A DNA stretch of 64,000 nt from NCBI RefSeq assembly GCF_006345805.1, contig NC_042999.1:136958001-137022000 (forward strand), in the 5' to 3' direction. Source of the DNA: Octopus sinensis (taxonomy: Eukaryota). The notes below the pieces were generated by a model, which was given only the letters and a program-made list of their open reading frames with translations, did not search any database and was not told the DNA's origin. Position numbers and translations under genes: made by a program. Positions 13,517-26,640 of the stretch are shown piece by piece. Every line of letters starts with the position of its first letter. The first letter of the stretch is position 1.

Positions 13517-13700
13517 GGTGGCAAACTGACAGTAATTTTACCTTGTGGAACAAAATGCTCAACGGCATTTCTTCTGCCAAGGTTAACTTTGCCTTTGATC
13601 CTTTTGAGGTTGATGAAATAAGTACCACTGGGGTTAGCTTAATTAACTAGACCTCTCTCCCAAAATTTCAGGTCTTGTACCTATAGTAGAAAGGATTATT
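11277..13700 (+). mobile_element. Head-to-tail array of about 8 SINE copies separated by (ATT)n
   Basis: Recurring unit of about 210 bp (aaggcagcaagctggcagaat...ctgagttcaaatt...gactttgcctttcatcctttcagggtcgataaaataagtaccag...gccttgtg) starting near 11277, 11543, 11791, 12001, 12223, 12441, 13258 and 13516. Confidence 0.85.
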
Positions 13701-14409
13701 ATTAATATTATTGTGATAATGATGATTACTGCTTAATTTGATGATATTTAATGGTGTTGGTATTGTTACTGATATTCTTTATATATAAAGTGGGATAAAA
13801 GATGAGAGAGAGAGAGAGATACAGGGTGGGATGACTGATAAGGACAGCAAGAAAATGTATGTGAAACAGATGATGATGTGGAGGAGGAAATGGTGATGTG
13901 GAAGATACAAGTGGGAAGAGAAGGTAGGAAAGATGGGAATAGAAGATAAATAACCAAATGGAGAGAGGAGAATGGGGTGCATCGAATGTAAAATCAATTC
14001 TGTTTTCAAAGAATTTATGGAGATTGATAGTCTTTATCCTTCTTCCTGTTACTGCTTACTTTGATAAGTTCTGGAATATTTCTTTAGAAATTTAACCATT
14101 TTTTTTCCTCACTGAAAAAGAAAATACCTTTAAAAAATTAGATGCATTTTTCTTCCTGTCTTCAAATTTTTTGAAATTATTTTCTCAGTATTATCTGATT
14201 TGAAATAATTCAATAAATTCCTTGATTTCCAATAAATGATGTTTTCAAAATTTAAATTTCAAATATTTTACCGATTTTTCGCTTCTACCCAGTAACCCTA
14301 CAACTCACTCCATTCTTTGATTTACTATTTTTGTTTTAATTGTATTTTCCTCCCTATTTATGAAGACAGCAGTTTAAAATCTTACTGTAAATACTTTGTG
14401 TAAGCACAG

Positions 14410-14740
14410 TCATTGTTATGTGGTTAAGAAACTCACTTTGCAACCATGTAATTTCAGGTTTAGTCCCACTGAACAGTATCTTGGGAAAGTATCTTCTACT
14501 ATAGCCCCAAGCTGACCAATGCCTTGTGGGTGAATTTGATAGATGGAAACTGTGGAAGTCCATCCTGTATATATGTGTGTGTATCATCTCCTCTTTTTGA
14601 CAGCCCATGTTGGTTTGTTTACATCTCCATAACTTAGCAGTTTGGCAAAAAAAAGACCAATAGAATAAGTACCAAATTTTACAAATAAGCACTTGGGTCA
14701 ATTTGACTAAAATCCTTCAAGATAATGCTCCAGCAAGGCT
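14410..14740 (+). mobile_element. Decayed copy of the microsatellite-bearing SINE
   Basis: Same head, body and tail motifs as 5465-5828. Confidence 0.6.
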
Positions 14741-15267
14741 GGTAATGTGAGACACTGCTTGCATGACAGTGACACTCATTTACAATCATCATATAATGTC
14801 AAGGAAAGAAGACAGTAACACACACATTTATGCACATACACAACTGGCTTCTTTCACAAGGCTTTGGTTGGCCCTGGGCTATAGTAGGAGACATTTGCCG
14901 TAGGTATTATGCAGTGGGACTAAACCCAAAACCATGTGATTGAGAAGCAAACTTCTTACCACATAGCCACACCTGCACCTATAACATTTCAGACATTTTC
15001 TTGTTTCTTTCCTTCACTAACAAAAGGCCTTGCCTGAAATGTCAGGAGTAAACCTCTCAACCAGTTCTTCATACAAACAAATTTCAGTTTGTGAATTTTA
15101 TTTATGAATTTCACTAATATTGACCTCTCTGGTTACCTTGGCTTGTAGCCCCAACCAGCCTTCTAAACTTGGTCTTGGAGGTTAATGTTGTTAATAGTGA
15201 ATTTAATTTGTAGTCTTGAAATGGAGCACTAAAGAAAATGTTTCAGGATTAGGGTTTTATTCTTTCA

Positions 15268-15663
15268 TTCTCTTACTTGTTTCAGTCATTTGACTGTGGC
15301 CATGCTGGAGCATTGCCTTAAAGGGTTTTAGTAAAAGAAATCAACTTCAGGACTTATTCTTTGTAAGCCTAGTATTTATTCTATCGGTCTTTTGCTGAAC
15401 CACAAAGTTATGGGAACATAAACACGCTAACATTGGTTGTCAAGTGATGGCTGGGTGACAAACACACATATAAATACATACATACATATATATATATATG
15501 TACACAATGGGCTTCTTTTACTTCCTGTCTACCAAATTCGCTCGCAAGGTTTTGGCCAGCCCGAAGCTATAGAAGAAAACACTTGCTCAAGGTGCCACCC
15601 AGTGAGACTGGACCTGGAACTCTGTGGTTGGGCAGCAAACTTCTTGCTACACAGCCATGCCTG
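15268..15663 (-). mobile_element. Microsatellite-bearing SINE copy
   Basis: Reverse complement of the family seen at 59308-59733. Confidence 0.75.
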
Positions 15664-16432
15664 TGTGTATACTGAATTGACAGTCTGTAGAATAATGTGC
15701 AGGTTATTGTTTTATCCCACTTGAAAAAACCATATATAAAATCAGCTTTAATTTTGGGTAGTTTGTGTTGCTATAAACAATTCTATATATGCTGCCTAAT
15801 TATACCTGAACCTAAAACTATTCATCATCATTTGAACTCAAGTTCTTTCATGCTGGTAGAGGTTATTTATTCACCTAAAATTTTTATCTCAAATATGAGG
15901 TATGTCATCTTAAGCTCTAAACTCACCACACTTCACTATGTCTTCAAATATTTAGTTCTATGAGACAGTGTTTATAGTAGATATTGCGGTTATTATTTTA
16001 ATTAAATTTTAATATAATTCTTCCTTTATATTGAAGACTGTTTCACTTAACAATGTAAAGAAAACAAAATAACTTATTTGGTCTGGGCAGTCTTCTTTAC
16101 AACAGAATTATTTTTCTTTTACATTTTACAAATAAGAATTGGGGAATTCATTTCAGAAAGGAGCTTAACATTGGCGTTGTATTAAATATTTTACTACACC
16201 CTTCAGAAAAATAAATATTATTTTGAAAACAACTAATAATATAGGCGATTGAAAAATTTTTAACTCTAACTATTGTCTGAGTTTTCTTTTCATTTTTTGC
16301 TTTTTTCACTCTCTTTAGATCACTTTGCAATTTGTTTTAAAAATTTGACATAGATGTAAATAGTTCTGGAAGAAACACAAATTTTCACTAGATGATAGTA
16401 AGTTTTTATTAATTTCTGTTCTTCTTTTGTAG

Positions 16433-16585
16433 GCGAAATTCGCGAGGATATGTGTGGTTTTGAGGAAATCACACAAGCTCCAGATCCTGTTGAATCACGT
16501 CCGTTTGACCCAAGTTTGGTCAATATTACCTACCCTAGCACACGAGACAACGGCATGGCACTATATGAAAGAGTTGTGATAGGAG
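16433..16585 (+). CDS. Nrx-IV: Neurexin IV / Caspr (CNTNAP) homolog, penultimate exon (juxtamembrane stalk and start of TM helix)
   Basis: Acceptor cttcttttgtag and donor g|gtgagt flank a 153-nt phase 1-1 exon. It encodes (G)EIREDMCGFEEITQAPDPVESRPFDPSLVNITYPSTRDNGMALYERVVIG, resembling the recalled Drosophila Nrx-IV stalk (CGVEPVTHPP...ETRP). It splices in frame to 24558. Confidence 0.9.
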
Positions 16586-16645
16586 GTGAGTTCACTTTTG
16601 ATTATAACCATTGCAAAACATTTTGATTTCCCAGCTAGCTTCTAG

Positions 16646-16799
16646 ACCACTCTGCTGACCTCTCCAAACCACTCTGCTGACCTCTCTAAACCACTCTGCT
16701 GACCTCTCTAAACCACTCTGCTGACCTCTCCAAACCACTCTGCTGACCTCTCTAAACCACTCTGCTGACCTCTCTAAACCACTCTGCTGACCTCTCTAA
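16646..16799. repeat. 22-bp minisatellite, 7 copies
   Basis: (ACCACTCTGCTGACCTCTCYAA)x7 with no spacers, followed by decayed units. Confidence 0.95.
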
Positions 16800-19700
16800 A
16801 TCACTCAGCTAATTAGCTGAACTCTCTAAGTCACTCAGTTAATCATTAAGCCACTCAGCTGACCCCCACTAGGTGATGCAGCTAATTTAAGCCAGTCATT
16901 TGCCATCTTTAAATCAGTTTGGTGACTTGCCTGAATCTTTCAGCTGATCCATATTTCTGCCAATCCCTTCATGCAATGACTTTCCTCAAATGATCCACAC
17001 TTGCTTCAGTTATTACTATATAAGTTACAATAACTGATTCTTTTCTTCAGGACACTGACTCCATTTCTAAGTTTTTGTTAAACTATCTTATTTATCTCAA
17101 TATCATTACATGCTTCATGTTCTGTAGTTTTGGGGAAAATTTTTCTTTTTTCTTTTCCTTTTATTTTGTATAAAATTTAGGGCCATTAATCATTCTGTAC
17201 TAATCTAAACTGTCAGCTTTTATCCACTTTACTACTTCAATATGACACCCATAGACTTTGGTATTCTGCTTTGAAATTATTCATTGAAGAAAATTCCTAG
17301 CACATTCAGTTCTATACCAAAGAGAATAGAAAATATTAAAATGAAGCTAGCTTGTATGAATTATTAGTTAGGTTACAAATAGTTGCCAACATATAAAGTT
17401 TGCAAAACTCTTGATATGTAGAATAATGGTTTTACTAAAAATCCATCCAAAGTGATTTTGACTTAAAATATTCATACCTTCATCTCTTTTTCGGTATTTG
17501 TTGTGTCTCTGATTGATGAGATCTATGGTAAGTAGATCTTCATTCAAACACTTAGGTGTGATTGAGTACTCCAGATATACTACACCTAGTGAGGGATTAT
17601 ACTGCCTTCTTTGACATACAGTAATTCATTGTATAGGGTGCAGAGTGACCTCTCTGAATGGCCACTATGAAAGTGAAGAAGTGAACAAGATAAATTTGGT
17701 TCAAGCATCTTGTTTCTATGCACTGTCCCACTTTTCTGTGTTTTTATGCCCATGTCAAACTTGATAGAGTAACTCTATGATTGAAGATATTCCATAACAT
17801 CTTTCTTTCTGATATAATGTCTTTAGACTATTCCATGTATTCTTCCTTTTTTTTTTTAGAGAGAGAGAGAGTAATGTATCATTTGAAGGAGATTTGGCTG
17901 CTGTTTCTAGCAGGTTAAAGCCTCTCTAGTAACTCCTTCATACTATCATTGGTAGTTAGCATTAGCATTCCAACATGGTGTTTGTAGCTGAAAAAGCTAC
18001 TGATGCCACTGCTATTTTTGTTTTTATAATTGTCTGGAGTTAATGATAGAGAGAACATTTTAGAATGTTAATAAAATTTACAAATATAAATAAGTTTGTA
18101 TCTCATAGCAGGGTGAATTTTATATACCATGGCAAATTGTGAATTTCATTTGCTGATATTTGCTAATGCAGACCATTACTAATATCTTCTGACTTTTATT
18201 TAGTATTTTTAGAAAGATGATATAGTAGCATTCTGGAGTGTAGAGATATCTTTTTGGTTTTGGTGATGACTGTGTATATGCTGGTAAGGATTGTGATGGT
18301 TGGTGTTTGCATAGCAATAAATTGTGTCCTTCACATGTTTAGGTATCCTTTCATTTAAGTGATTTTGTTTCATTATGTATATGGTATGTCCTATGATGTA
18401 GTTTCATTCTGCCCCGTGACTTAGTTCCAATACACCCTATGACATACCTATGATATAATACAATATAATACTATTTTGCCCTATGACACAGCTTTACCCT
18501 GCCCTGTAATGTAGCTTTACTCTGCCTTATGTAGCTGCACAATGACATGGCTCTATTCTGCCTTATGATGTGACATACCTCAATTCATTTTATGTTGTAC
18601 CTCAATCCCATCCTATAACCTACCTACATTTATTTTCCCTCCACTCCATTTTTTCCCATTCAAATTTTCTTGACATCTTTCAGTCTACACCTAGTCTAGG
18701 CATAACATACACATTAGACATATCTGATGTACACTGTATTCATATAATGTACACATGCACATTACATATGTCATGTTTACATTACACACTTGATGAATCC
18801 ATGGCTCATCAATGCATGCTCATTACACATCTGATGCACAATACATCTTAAACTTCATCATTTACAGCCCTTACGTTAATATATCCTGTTTTCACAATCA
18901 TATACACTCAGATGCAATAGCACACATTTAAAGCCAGCTTCCATTTGTCAGTATTACACAGAACATCAGAAATATCAAAGCAGTTTGATTGTGTTTAAAA
19001 CAAAAATTACTACTTTATATCACAGCTTGATGTTGTTTATATCTTTTTTAATGTTAAGACTGACAGTATTTCTGTTCTGTTTAGTGATGATGACTAATTC
19101 TGATACTTCAGCTATAATTAGTTTGTTATATTTTTTCTGTACATAGAGCTAGCATAATGGCGTTATTTACTTTAAAGATGTGTATATTGATGATTAAACA
19201 TGATTTCCATTTATTTTGTCATGATTCAACTATATATGATGAATTTTAAAAAAGCCTTTTAGCTTTTAAATTATCTAGTTTAAACTTGAAAATTTTAATT
19301 ATAATTCAATTATTTATTGACAGTATTAATAAAGTCACAAAAATTAATGTCACTCCATTTAAAAACATTGAAAAATTTGTTTAATTTTATAAGACTAACT
19401 TTTAATTATTTAAGTATATCACCTTGGTATATGTTGTGATGGGTAAACAAAGGGACATGATAGAAAATTGTCCAAACTGCAAAAGCTGAAATGGACTTTC
19501 AGGCACAAAGCTACTACAGATGAATACTTAATAACTGCTTCTTGTCATACCTTGAGCACTTGGTAACTATTCTGATCATCTTTGATTAAGATAGCCCATG
19601 AAAACCTACTGAAACAGATGGACCAGTGCATTTATCATGTGTCAGTGAAGGAGAGGAAAATGACTGCCATTGAATTTTGAATTAATTTAACCTTTTGATA

Positions 19701-20109
19701 TCAATCTGCCTAAGACTACACCTAGTTCTATGATATAAACTTCAGGTTTTAAAGTAGTCTAAATTAAAACCTTCCTTCAAAATTTCATATCAATTTATGT
19801 TCCAAACAACAGTTTTATTACTACAAGGTTATTTTACTAAATTCTTCATTATTTTCAAAGTTAATTAGAATGAAGTTGTATTTTAACAGAATTCAATAAT
19901 AAAAGATTAGTCAAGTGAACTGATGTCATTGGTATGAAAATTTACTAATTTGGGCTTATGCGACATTGCATATAAAAAAAATATGTACATTTGTCTGAAT
20001 ATGTAACATGCTTCCATTCCATTTAGTGAGAAGCATAAGAATTGAACATTTTCAGGCTAGTCAAAGACTTATACTTGGATGTATCAAAATTAATTTCTTT
20101 AGCTCTGAC

Positions 20110-20450
20110 AGCCAAGTGTATGGCCATTGTACGGGAGAATTTTGGCCAGACTATGTAAGTCTAACAATTCAAGTATAGTGAATGTAACTATGTCTTGAAA
20201 AGAATCATTCACATACATCAAGTCTGTCATCATGAACAGAACAGTCTATCGGGAGTTCTTAGAGATATCATATGCCAAGAGTCATTTGAGCTAGTCATGG
20301 ATTTTTCAACATGACAACAACCTGAAGCATACAAGTGGAATAATCAAGGAATGCTACAAAAATAAGAAAATATGAGTGCAGCAGTGTCCTACAAAATCCC
20401 CAAATTTAAATTTGATGGGAAACATATGAGCTAGATATTAGTTGTCAACA
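20110..20450 (+). pseudogene. Tc1-like transposase remnant
   Basis: Broken frames include WIFQHDNNLKHTS and a KSPNLNLMGNI segment resembling the Tc1 QxDN and SPDLNPIEN motifs. Confidence 0.5.
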
Positions 20451-21254
20451 AAGCAAACCAGGTATTGAGTGATTTCTCTAATCATATAGCCATAAAATGT
20501 GAAGAAATTTAAGATAATGAGCCTTTCAACTTACAGATTTAATACCTTGTGTTGCCATTTTGTGAAATTTGGGATAATAATACCATACGATTTTATTCTT
20601 CTCTATCAGTCTGGTTGAAAAAATTATATTTTTTAACTGTTTTTAAATTGACATCCATTGGGTGGGTGTCCAATACTAATACTGTCAATAATTGTGTTAA
20701 TTCAAATGTTTTTCAATTTTCTTATTACCATAAAGAAATTATTATCAAGCTAGTACAAGCTCATCTAATTAACAGGCATGTTATCTTGAAGTTTAGTGAC
20801 AAGTCTCCTCAAATCTCAATCTGTGTTGTGCCAAGTGCACCATTTATTAATGAAATGATTATTGTCTTAGTCTTTCACAGTCTCTTCAGCTCTCTGGCTA
20901 GATCCTGATATTTCTCAATTTTTTTCAATTTCTTTGATATCATAGGGAACTGCTAAGTTTATGATCTTACCTGTTTGTTTTATGTTTTGTACTTTATAAT
21001 CATATCTGGTCTTCTTGCATCGTAGTATGATTGGTCTTTATGAGGAAGTCCCATAAAAACCTGTAATTCTCATTCTGTCACCACCTCTGGTTCAAGTTCA
21101 CACTCTTTCTCCTGTTATTTCAAAGGTACGCACTTTGCTAACATTCAAAGCACACTTATACCTACACAGTCATGCCTTCACTTATACTTTTTTTGAGCTA
21201 GCTTACTGCGCTCACTCCAAAGATGATTGATACTTTTGTTTCCTTTCCTGCAGA

Positions 21255-21860
21255 ATCTTCAATACACAAGTCAAAATGCTAAGCAGCATTTCACCTGTCT
21301 TTACTTTCTGAGCTCAAATTCTGCCAAGGTTGACTTTGCCTTTCATCCTTTCAGGGTCATTAAATTAAGTACCAGTGAAACACTGGGGTCGATGTAATCA
21401 ACCAGTCCCTTCCCCCAAAATTTCAGGCCTTGTGCTTTTAGTAGAAAGGATTATTATTATTATTATTATTACTTGAGGTTGACTTTCAGAGTAACTAAAG
21501 TAAATATCATTGGTACATTGAGGTGGATGTAATCCCCTAAAAATTGTTGGCCTTGTACCTAATTTACAGTTGTCAAAGTTTTGGCCAAAATGCAATATAA
21601 TAAACTTACCCTCTCTTTTGAAAGTTATGGCCTTGAGTGAAATTTTGAAACCAAGATGGTGACCTGGCAGAATCAGTAGCACTCCAGGCAGAATGTTCGG
21701 CATCATTTCATGTCTCTATGTTCTGAGTTCAAATTCTACCTCTTTACATTCTGAGTTCAAATCCTGCTGAAGTTGTCTTTGCTTTTCATCCTTCTGCAAA
21801 CTAAAGTTTCATTTTTTACAGCGGCCTCAATTGAATTAGTTTTAATGCAAAAAAAAAAAG
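21255..21860 (+). mobile_element. Cluster of about 3 partial copies of the (ATT)n-tailed SINE
   Basis: Same unit as 11277-13700 (ctgagttcaaatt...gactttgcctttcatcc). Confidence 0.65.
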
Positions 21861-22576
21861 AAAGAAAAGGTGAAATCACTTCAATTGATAAAAAAAATAA
21901 CTGCTTCCCCGAGTGCAGTATTTTAACCAGTAAATGTTTTGACCTGAATGGCACAACATAAAGTAACCATCTTTCATACATTGTCACAATATAATTTACA
22001 CAAGTAATGAATTCTAAAACAAAAGAAAGAAGGCAGTAATGTAAAATGTTCCAAAGCCACAACCATTCCCATTCAACCTAACTTAAAATGTTTTAACTCC
22101 TCATCACATGCCATGTTGTATATGGCACATATTGATTTTTACATTATTCGTTACAAGAAGTGATATTTAAAAGTTTAAAATAACAAATCATTTCTCTAGT
22201 CTTGTATGATCATGATTTCAATTTTTTTTTTATTCACTTTGATTTACAAGATAAAAAAAAATTTTGCAATCTAGTGTTCCTTCAAAAAATGTGCTGACCG
22301 CTGTAGAAGTGTATGAGATTGTTAATAAATTTAATATAGAGGAACATAAAAAAATACTATTAGAAATAATTTTGTACTGTAACATCAATTCAATGGCAAT
22401 ATTATTTTCATAATTTTTGCAAGCAAGAGAGACAACCCCCTACATACTTCACTTTCCTTAAAACTCTTTAGTGAAGCTTAGACTTTTCCACATAGCCAAT
22501 TTAGTAATGAATGCATCATTTAATAGTTGTAGAACAGAGTGTATAATGGTGTTAGTTGTAGATTAGTAATATATGG

Positions 22577-22883
22577 CAGTCTGTTGGCTATGATAAGGGT
22601 TCCAGTTGATTCGATTAACAGAACAGCCTACTCATGAAATTAACAGAGAAGTGACTGAGCACTCTACAGACATGTACACCCTTCATGTAGTTTTCAGCAT
22701 GACACAGGATGTGACAATGCTGGCTTTTTGAAATACAGGTGCACCTCACTTTTGCCAGCTGAGTGGGCTGGAACAACATGAAATAAAGTGTCTTGCTCAG
22801 GGATTCAATGTTACACCAGGTATTGAACTCATGATGAAGGTCATATGCAAATACCCTAACCACTAAGTGATGTGCCTTCACAG
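22577..22883 (-). mobile_element. Decayed tRNA-headed SINE
   Basis: Similar to 27520-27883 (aagggttccagttgatc...aattaac). Confidence 0.55.
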
Positions 22884-22938
22884 ATTAATAATATATAATA
22901 GTATATTGTAATAAGTAGTATATAATAGTTTATTGGTG

Positions 22939-23800
22939 TATGGAGGTGGTATCAAAAAGTTCCCAGACTAGTTATTTTTAATAAACAATAATTTTTTACT
23001 TGAAGTTTTAACTTCATCTCTTTCAAAATAGTCACCTTGTGCAGCAATACACCAGTCTCAGTATTCCTGCCACTTTTGGAATCTGGCCTGGAAGTTGTTT
23101 TCCATAAGCAAGCCAATGACCTTCTCCGATTCGTTCTGGCTCTCAGCAACAGTGTTAAAACAGTGACCTTTCAGCTGCATTTTCATCTTGAGGAAGAGAT
23201 AGAAGTCTGCAGGTGCTAAATCTGGCAAATAGGGTCGGTGCAGAAGTGATACCATGTTGTTTTAGGCAAGTAACTCATGAATGAGGAGAGCTTGGTGACA
23301 GGGTACATTGTCATAGTGAAGAATCCAATTTTTCACGTTCCACAGATCCAGTAGCTTTTGCCAAATATCCTCCCTCAAATGCTTCAAAACTTCATTGATT
23401 GTCCTCTAATGATCTTCATGCTCAAGCTGATGAATTTTCTCCACATTTCCAGAGATGATGATCAGGGCAGGTCTTTCAGGTCACACATCATCTTCTAGGG
23501 ACATTTTCCCACTTTTGAAGTGCCTATACCACTTGAAACATTGTGTATGACCTATTGCCTCATCATCATAAGCTTGACAAAGCATGCTCAATGTCTCTGT
23601 AGCAGATTCCCCAAGTTTAACTCGAAATTTCATGTTGGCTCTTTGTTCCAACTTCCTGTCCATGACAAAATCACAGACTATTGCATACATGTAATCACAA
23701 AAACACAAATTTCACAACTTATAAAGTAAGCATAGCGATGTCACTCGGCAGGCACACTGCCTCAGGAAGGTCACTGCTACCTCTCACTTAGTCTAAAGAC
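22939..23800 (-). mobile_element. Internally deleted mariner element with transposase fragments
   Basis: N-terminal HTH region MDRKLEQRANMKFRVKLGESATETLSML...FKWYRHFKSGKMSLEDD and C-terminal HRPYLPDLAPADFYLFLKMKMQLKG (YSPDLAP motif). TIR-like ta-tggaggtggtatcaaaaagttccc at 22939. Confidence 0.85.
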
Positions 23801-24557
23801 TGGCAGCTGATGTTTTGCAAACCCTCCAACAGTTCCTGTTTAGTTCTTACTCCTTTTTCCACCACCATGCATTCTAAATCTTCTTGATTTCCCATACAGT
23901 TATAAGGACATCATATGTGTAAGTCAATACTTTCTCACTAAGTCTTGGTTTAAAATAGATACTTTTCAGTACAAACAACTTCTGTTGTAAAAGCTCAAAC
24001 CAGAGTTTACGAAACCAATAAGCAGGGGATACTTTAACAGAACAAATACATACTCCCAGACAGTACTGACTGGTAAGCATTAAACCTGACCACTGAGCAG
24101 ATACTGCTACATAATAATATATAGTCACAAGTAGAATGTAGATGTTTTACAGTTTATTTCAAATATCAGCTTCTTATTTTGCTTTCAAGTTACTAAGAAT
24201 TCAACATTATTGGAGAGCTTCAGGCTACTTCCATTGATAAATTCATTTGTAGGTCAATGGTTAGTTAAAAGCCATGTGATGACCTATATTGCTGTGTGCC
24301 AATGTAACTGAGTCTATAATATCAGCATAGAAGAGAAAACTGCTGCTTAATTCTTCATTTAAAACTTTATGGATTTTCTAGGAAATAATGCTTGCTTTTA
24401 TGTGTTGTAATTGATGGAGAAACTGATACATAAAAAATATTCCTAAAAATATTTGATTCTCTTGTGTGATTTCCTATTAATTACCATCTTATTGTTCCTT
24501 TGACATTAAGAATTCAGTTTATAATTGTTACCTTTTTTGTTTTTGTTCTTTTTTCAG

Positions 24558-24745
24558 TGGTTTTATCTCTGTTTCTATTGATCTTGATAATTGTATTGTA
24601 CATAATCTGCTACCATACAAGACAGAAAGGAGACTATGAAACTAAAGAAGCTAAAGGTGCTGACATGGCTGATAATCCAGATATGGCCATTATGTATAAT
24701 CAAGAAGGTTTACCAATTCCCAAACGGCAAGAGTGGTTTGTTTAA
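24558..24745 (+). CDS. Nrx-IV: Neurexin IV / Caspr homolog, terminal coding exon (TM helix, band 4.1-binding motif, PDZ-binding C-terminus)
   Basis: Acceptor ttcttttttcag, phase 1. Encodes VVLSLFLLILIIVLYIICYHTRQKGDYETKEAKGADMADNPDMAIMYNQEGLPIPKRQEWFV*. KGDYETKEAKGAD matches the Nrx-IV/Caspr2 4.1m motif, and EWFV matches the Caspr2-type EWLI tail. The 24500 start in the ORF track is intronic. Confidence 0.93.
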
Positions 24746-25028
24746 AATTTCACAAGATTTCACACCAATCTGCATTCGGTTGTGGAACAGTTTAGGAATA
24801 ACAGTGAAATGGGATTTAACACCGCCTTTCATCACGTCTTTGATGTGATATATCATATGAAACAGGCATTTATACATTTCATAGACATCATGAATATACA
24901 CTACTCACATACAAACACAGCTGCTCACATACACACTTACATAGGTATGCATCTGTATGCATGTGTGCACTCATGCATAAACAAGCATACATGTATGTTT
25001 GAATATACAAATTATAAGAACTAGAAAT

Positions 25029-25034
25029 AATAAA
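25029..25034 (+). promoter_or_regulatory. Candidate polyadenylation signal of the Nrx-IV 3' UTR
   Basis: AATAAA about 285 nt after the stop. Other AATAAA hexamers follow in AT-rich sequence, so the choice is uncertain. Confidence 0.2.
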
Positions 25035-25468
25035 TATTGTCTTAATGAAATCTAACAAAGAAGCCTCCCTCTTCATGTTCTGCTGATCTATTTTATATCA
25101 GGAACTTGCAAAATATCTCCTTTAACAACAGAAGAAAATGAAAAAAAAGAAAAAAAAGCTAAAGAGAAAATATTTTTTTTAGTTCCAAAGTTAATGCTTA
25201 ATTGGTTTAAGAACTAATCTTTGAGATTATCTAATAAATTCCCACATTATTTTACACTGCCGTGCCAATTCCATGAATTTTTAGTTTTCTTTTCTTATAA
25301 ACAAATTTCTTTTAACAATTTTGTTAATCTATGAGGAATTCTTTGATTCTGTCATAATATCTGTAGATATGCCTTTTATTTTAGTGTTTAATTAGTTAGG
25401 ATGAACAAACACCACCATTGATGTAAGGTAGTGGCATTCTATAAATAAATATTTACAGGAATATTTTC

Positions 25469-25535
<67 letters not shown>

Positions 25536-26640
25536 GTGTTTGAAATGTCACACCTTTTGAAGCTATTTTATTATAAAACAAGTGTGTGTATGTGTGTATA
25601 AAGTCAATATTTTTTTATTATTTTAATGAATTTTTTTTTTTACATTATCTTCTGATTTTGTATTATTTTCCTTATTTTAAAAGACAATTTACCCCTCCAA
25701 TGTAAATATATTCATTTCTGCTGGTTTCTCCATCTACACATTTTTTTTTTTTTACTTCAACTGAACAAAGTGGAAAGATCATATCACAATGTTTTGGACT
25801 GAAGTTTTCTAATTCTGCTTCCAAGATATTTTTTACTGTAGATGTATTCACCTGCAAATCTGATCAACAGCAAAGAAAATGAGCTGTATTGCAACCTTCT
25901 CAATTAGTTTGAATTTTGAAAATAAATTTTTATATTTTATACAAGAAATTTCATCGTTTGTTGTTATTGCTCATTATTGATAATTTTGTTTCAATTTACA
26001 AACATGGTGGTTCTACAATAATTCAAAATATGAACATGTTCAGTTGGCTGTGATCAAAACAAAAAAAATATATGTTAGGTTAACACATTTGAAATTATTA
26101 GTCATTTATTCATTATTGCTGCTGTTTTTTAATGCCAAGGACATTACAGTGATGACCATACTGCTTTTTTATTCAGACATAGTATACTCTAGTCTATATA
26201 ATTCAATGTATCCATCCTAATGAAATGATTTTAGGAAAATTTAGCTGCTATTTTTAACTATTCAATTGACTGTGTAAAAACTTTCCGGTTGGCTGGCTCA
26301 TTATCATTTAGTTAAGCTGTAATTTACGAAAATATTACCTCCTTAATAACTGCTTTTGTAATCTTGTAAACTGTTTTAAGAACAGAGAAGTCTTTTTTTT
26401 TTTATCTTTTACTTGTTTCAGTCATTAGACTATGGCCTTGCTGGGGCACTACCTTGAAGAATTTTTAATCAAATGGATCAACCTCAGTACTTTTATTTTT
26501 TTCTTAGCCTGGTCTCTATCAGTCTCTTTTGCCAAATTTATAAACAAACCAACACCAGTTGTCAAGCAGTTTTGAGACACTGGTAACCCTCCTGCTATTA
26601 CATTGTACTACCTATGAATTGGTTTGTAAAATTAAAGATA

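Noticed and set aside
16646-16799. CRISPR-like appearance of the 22-bp repeats (and of the SINE array at 11277-13700)
   Set aside because: There are no unique spacers and no cas genes, and the context is eukaryotic.
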